Origin: Bacillota bacterium
GTDB taxonomy: Bacteria > Bacillota > Ch66 > Ch109
Assembly (NCBI GenBank): GCA_050952625.1
Contig: JBMNLH010000004.1
Span: 321,697 to 385,696, forward strand
Length of the DNA stretch: 64,000 nucleotides
Reading direction: 5' to 3'
Shown here one piece after another: positions 61,561 through 64,000 of this stretch. Below the pieces are notes generated by a model. The model had not been told where the DNA came from. It ran no database searches and saw only the letters and a list, made by a program, of their open reading frames with translations. The translations under genes and the position numbers were made by a program. Positions within the stretch are counted from its first letter, which is position 1. Every line of letters starts with the position of its first letter.

Positions 61561-61759
61561 AATGGTATAGGTTGCCAGATGGCTGGACAAGTCGCCTGGG
61601 ATTCGTGCCTTATTTACCTATGCCGGCTAGGTAAATATCCTTGAAAAACGAGAAAGAAAGATATCAAGCTATGGATTTCTAGCGTTATTTCCATTTTTTA
61701 ACTGTAAATTTACTTTAACCCTTACAATCTGGTAAAATAACAATAAGGGGAGGATACCT

Positions 61760-62686
61760 ATTAGTGCAGAACTAAAGATTCCCTATCACCATAAAGACAT
61801 AGCTTTGCGCTCTCTAAGCGTAACCTTTAAAGATGAAATATTAGAATTTTATGACTTAAAACTAGCCCGAATCGTCGATGTAATTCAAACTAAAGTACCA
61901 TTGATTGAAGTTAAAGACCGTGATATGGACATCAACTTTATCTTAGCTGATAATACCATCGCCCATCTAGAGTTCGAATCCAGCGAACCAACTCTAGATG
62001 ATCAAATCCGCTATGGTCATTACGATTTGGAACTTTATAAACAACGCAGACAAAAAATCCACCGCATTGTTATCTATGGTGCTGGAATTAAGCAAGCACC
62101 TGAGCCCTTGGATATTGGCTCAATCCGTCAGACCCAGTCCGTTATCTACCTGGAAAAAGACTTTGATGGAGATCAAGTATTCCTTGAGTTAAAGGATCGG
62201 ATCCTAAGAGGAGAACCTTTAAGGAATCTGGATAAAATGAAGATTATCCTCTTACCAATGATGAGCAGTAAAATCAGCAGTCGGTCCCGACGGGCCCTAG
62301 AAATGACAGAAGTTCTGGAAAATTATCCGGAAAAAGATATGGGCTACTACCTGATAGGGGCCATGGTAGGAACCAATTACAGCCTGTTGCAGGAACCGGA
62401 AAAATCCAAGATATTGGAGGTGTTAAGAATGGCCCAGCCATTTCAGGAGCTGTATCGAGAGTTTGAGGAGAAGGGCATGCAAAAAGGCATGGAGAAGGGT
62501 AGAACGGAAGGAAAACAAGAATCAATATGTAAGTTGTTAGCTAAAAAATTTGGCCCAGAATCAACGGAACTGCAGGAAAGAGTAAGGAAGATAGCCGATG
62601 AAACTGCCTTAGACAGATTTATTGAGGAACTAATAGTCGCAAATAATATTAGTGATGCAGCCAAAGTTATTGAGGCCCTAAACTAA
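61760..62686 (+). CDS. Rpn/YhgA-like PD-(D/E)XK family protein, copy 4
   Basis: Near-identical to copy 1; frame open from ATT 61760 after GGGGAGG. Confidence 0.75.
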   Translation: MSAELKIPYHHKDIALRSLSVTFKDEILEFYDLKLARIVDVIQTKVPLIEVKDRDMDINFILADNTIAHLEFESSEPTLDDQIRYGHYDLELYKQRRQKIHRIVIYGAGIKQAPEPLDIGSIRQTQSVIYLEKDFDGDQVFLELKDRILRGEPLRNLDKMKIILLPMMSSKISSRSRRALEMTEVLENYPEKDMGYYLIGAMVGTNYSLLQEPEKSKILEVLRMAQPFQELYREFEEKGMQKGMEKGRTEGKQESICKLLAKKFGPESTELQERVRKIADETALDRFIEELIVANNISDAAKVIEALN

Positions 62687-62884
62687 GACTGGGTATCTTT
62701 GCCTCCCTATGTATCTTAAGTAACCTCAATTACACCCTCATCTCCGGCCCAGAATCCGCCAGGCCTTTGCCTCCCCCTGTACCTTTAGCAAGGATACAGG
62801 GGGTCGGATTTTTGGGGTCCATCTTCGCCAGTTTCATCTTAATTCCCCACGGTTATATGTAGATTGCAGGGTGCATAATAGGTA

Positions 62885-63316
62885 GTGAGACAGAAAAAGG
62901 GGGTAGGTGGATTGGGTTGGTTCCTGGCTGGCCTGCTGGCGGCGGCTATTTCCTGGGTGGTTAACTCCTGGATTACCGAACGAGGCGGTCGGCTTGGCTT
63001 AACCGTTCTCGTCCCGCTGGTTGAAGAAACGGCGAAAACCGGTTTAGCGGTGATGATTGGCGGGGAGCTAGTGCTGGTCCATGCTGTCTTTGGTTCAATG
63101 GAAGCGATCTACGAAACCTGCCGCGAGCAGCAGCTTGGCCCGGCAATAGCGGCCTTCGTCAGCCATTTGTTATTCGGCTTGGTTACTTTGAGTATATACC
63201 GGTATTTTAACAATTGGGGGGCGGCTATTCTAGGCGGAACCAGTCTGCACGCGCTCTGGAATCTCCTGATAATTCACCTTTTTCTCAAACCACCGGTAGG
63301 GGGGAAAGAAAGTTGA
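62885..63316 (+). CDS. small membrane protein, PrsW-like intramembrane protease motifs
   Basis: PLVEETAKT, H..FG..E, SH..F, LHALWN. Confidence 0.55.
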   Translation: MRQKKGVGGLGWFLAGLLAAAISWVVNSWITERGGRLGLTVLVPLVEETAKTGLAVMIGGELVLVHAVFGSMEAIYETCREQQLGPAIAAFVSHLLFGLVTLSIYRYFNNWGAAILGGTSLHALWNLLIIHLFLKPPVGGKES

Positions 63317-63543
63317 AAATATGTTACGTTTGTGAATGCTGTGGAGAGATCCTTGGCGAATTGCCGGGAGAGGTTGGGCCGTCAAACTTGACGCCACCGG
63401 CCGATGAAGCTATAATCGACAGTAATTATGCTCAAGCCTGTACAGTAGTCAAAACAATATGTGAGGAGTGTCAGGCAGCCCTTGGCTGGACCGATGACGG
63501 TTTAACCGGCTGGCTTAGCGGAGTTAATTATTTTCGACATTAA
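63313..63543 (+). CDS. fin: anti-sigma-F factor Fin (DUF2757)-like zinc protein
   Basis: TTG start; YVCECCG..LG and VKTICEECQAAL. Confidence 0.65.
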   Translation: MKICYVCECCGEILGELPGEVGPSNLTPPADEAIIDSNYAQACTVVKTICEECQAALGWTDDGLTGWLSGVNYFRH

Positions 63544-63627
63544 GATTGCTTAGGTTAAGTTTAATATCGTGTCATTGGTATAAATATAACCATTTTCATT
63601 TAGCGTTGTGCAGTCAAGGCATGAGAT

Positions 63628-63699
63628 AATTCTGAGCGAAGCAAAGAAGTCCTTCCCACGCTAAGAAGCAAGATCTTTCGTTGACGCTCAGGATGACAT
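63628..63699. repeat. REP-like inverted repeat (CTGAGCG...CGCTCAGGATGAC)
   Basis: Related motif at about 59556-59596. Confidence 0.5.
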
Positions 63700-64000
63700 C
63701 CGTCCGCTATTTTCAGAGGCGGTTGTTTCCTTGGGGCATGGCCAGTAAGCAAGCCAACCCTCACTTATCGAAGTGGGAGTCTTTTGATTCAGATTAAGGA
63801 GTTAAAATACGAGCGCAGAGAATATGCTTAGAGTGGAGCAGTAGTTAGGATACGGGGGATCCATTCGGATGTCCTCTTTTTGGCGTTTCTTGGCAAGACT
63901 CTAGACCGCTAAGCTTCTCTGCTCGACTCGTTCAGGAATAGTCAATTCTCGCTTCTTAACTAAACCCTGAGGCTGCTAAGCAGCACGCTCGGAGAATAAT

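Noticed and set aside
1-64000. DGR, retron, site-specific flagellin inverton, tRNA/rRNA genes
   Set aside because: No reverse transcriptase, no recombinase/invertase ORF, and no tRNA or rRNA signatures seen

Overview
Accessory-rich region of a flagellated, probably spore-forming Firmicute (Clostridia-like). 1-23 kb holds ordinary envelope, transport and regulatory genes (metallophosphoesterase, DagK, MscS, TetR+ABC exporter, ECF sigma/anti-sigma, two-component system+ABC, Mef-like MFS with a leader/attenuator) mixed with HicAB, AbrB-RelE and GIY-YIG genes. 23.5-62.7 kb is a variable island bracketed by four near-identical Rpn/YhgA-like PD-(D/E)XK genes (two on -, two on +, all pointing outward). 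Inside it are a dense toxin-antitoxin array, an AT-rich ATPase/PIN-GNAT/ASCH module, three different flagellins (290, 816 and 1331 aa, the last with a HEMFH metallopeptidase, i.e. flagellinolysin-like), fliB, a divergent csrA, IS1634/IS4/IS66 remnants, and a 3-gene cassette (unknown protein + two BrxD/DUF2791-like ATPases) flanked by an exact 18-bp direct repeat, preceded by a CRISPR-like repeat-spacer-repeat and facing an SF2 helicase. Core-genome-like genes (PrsW-like, fin) resume at about 62.9 kb. All family calls come from motif recognition by eye; no searches were run. Several single-base frameshifts may be assembly errors.
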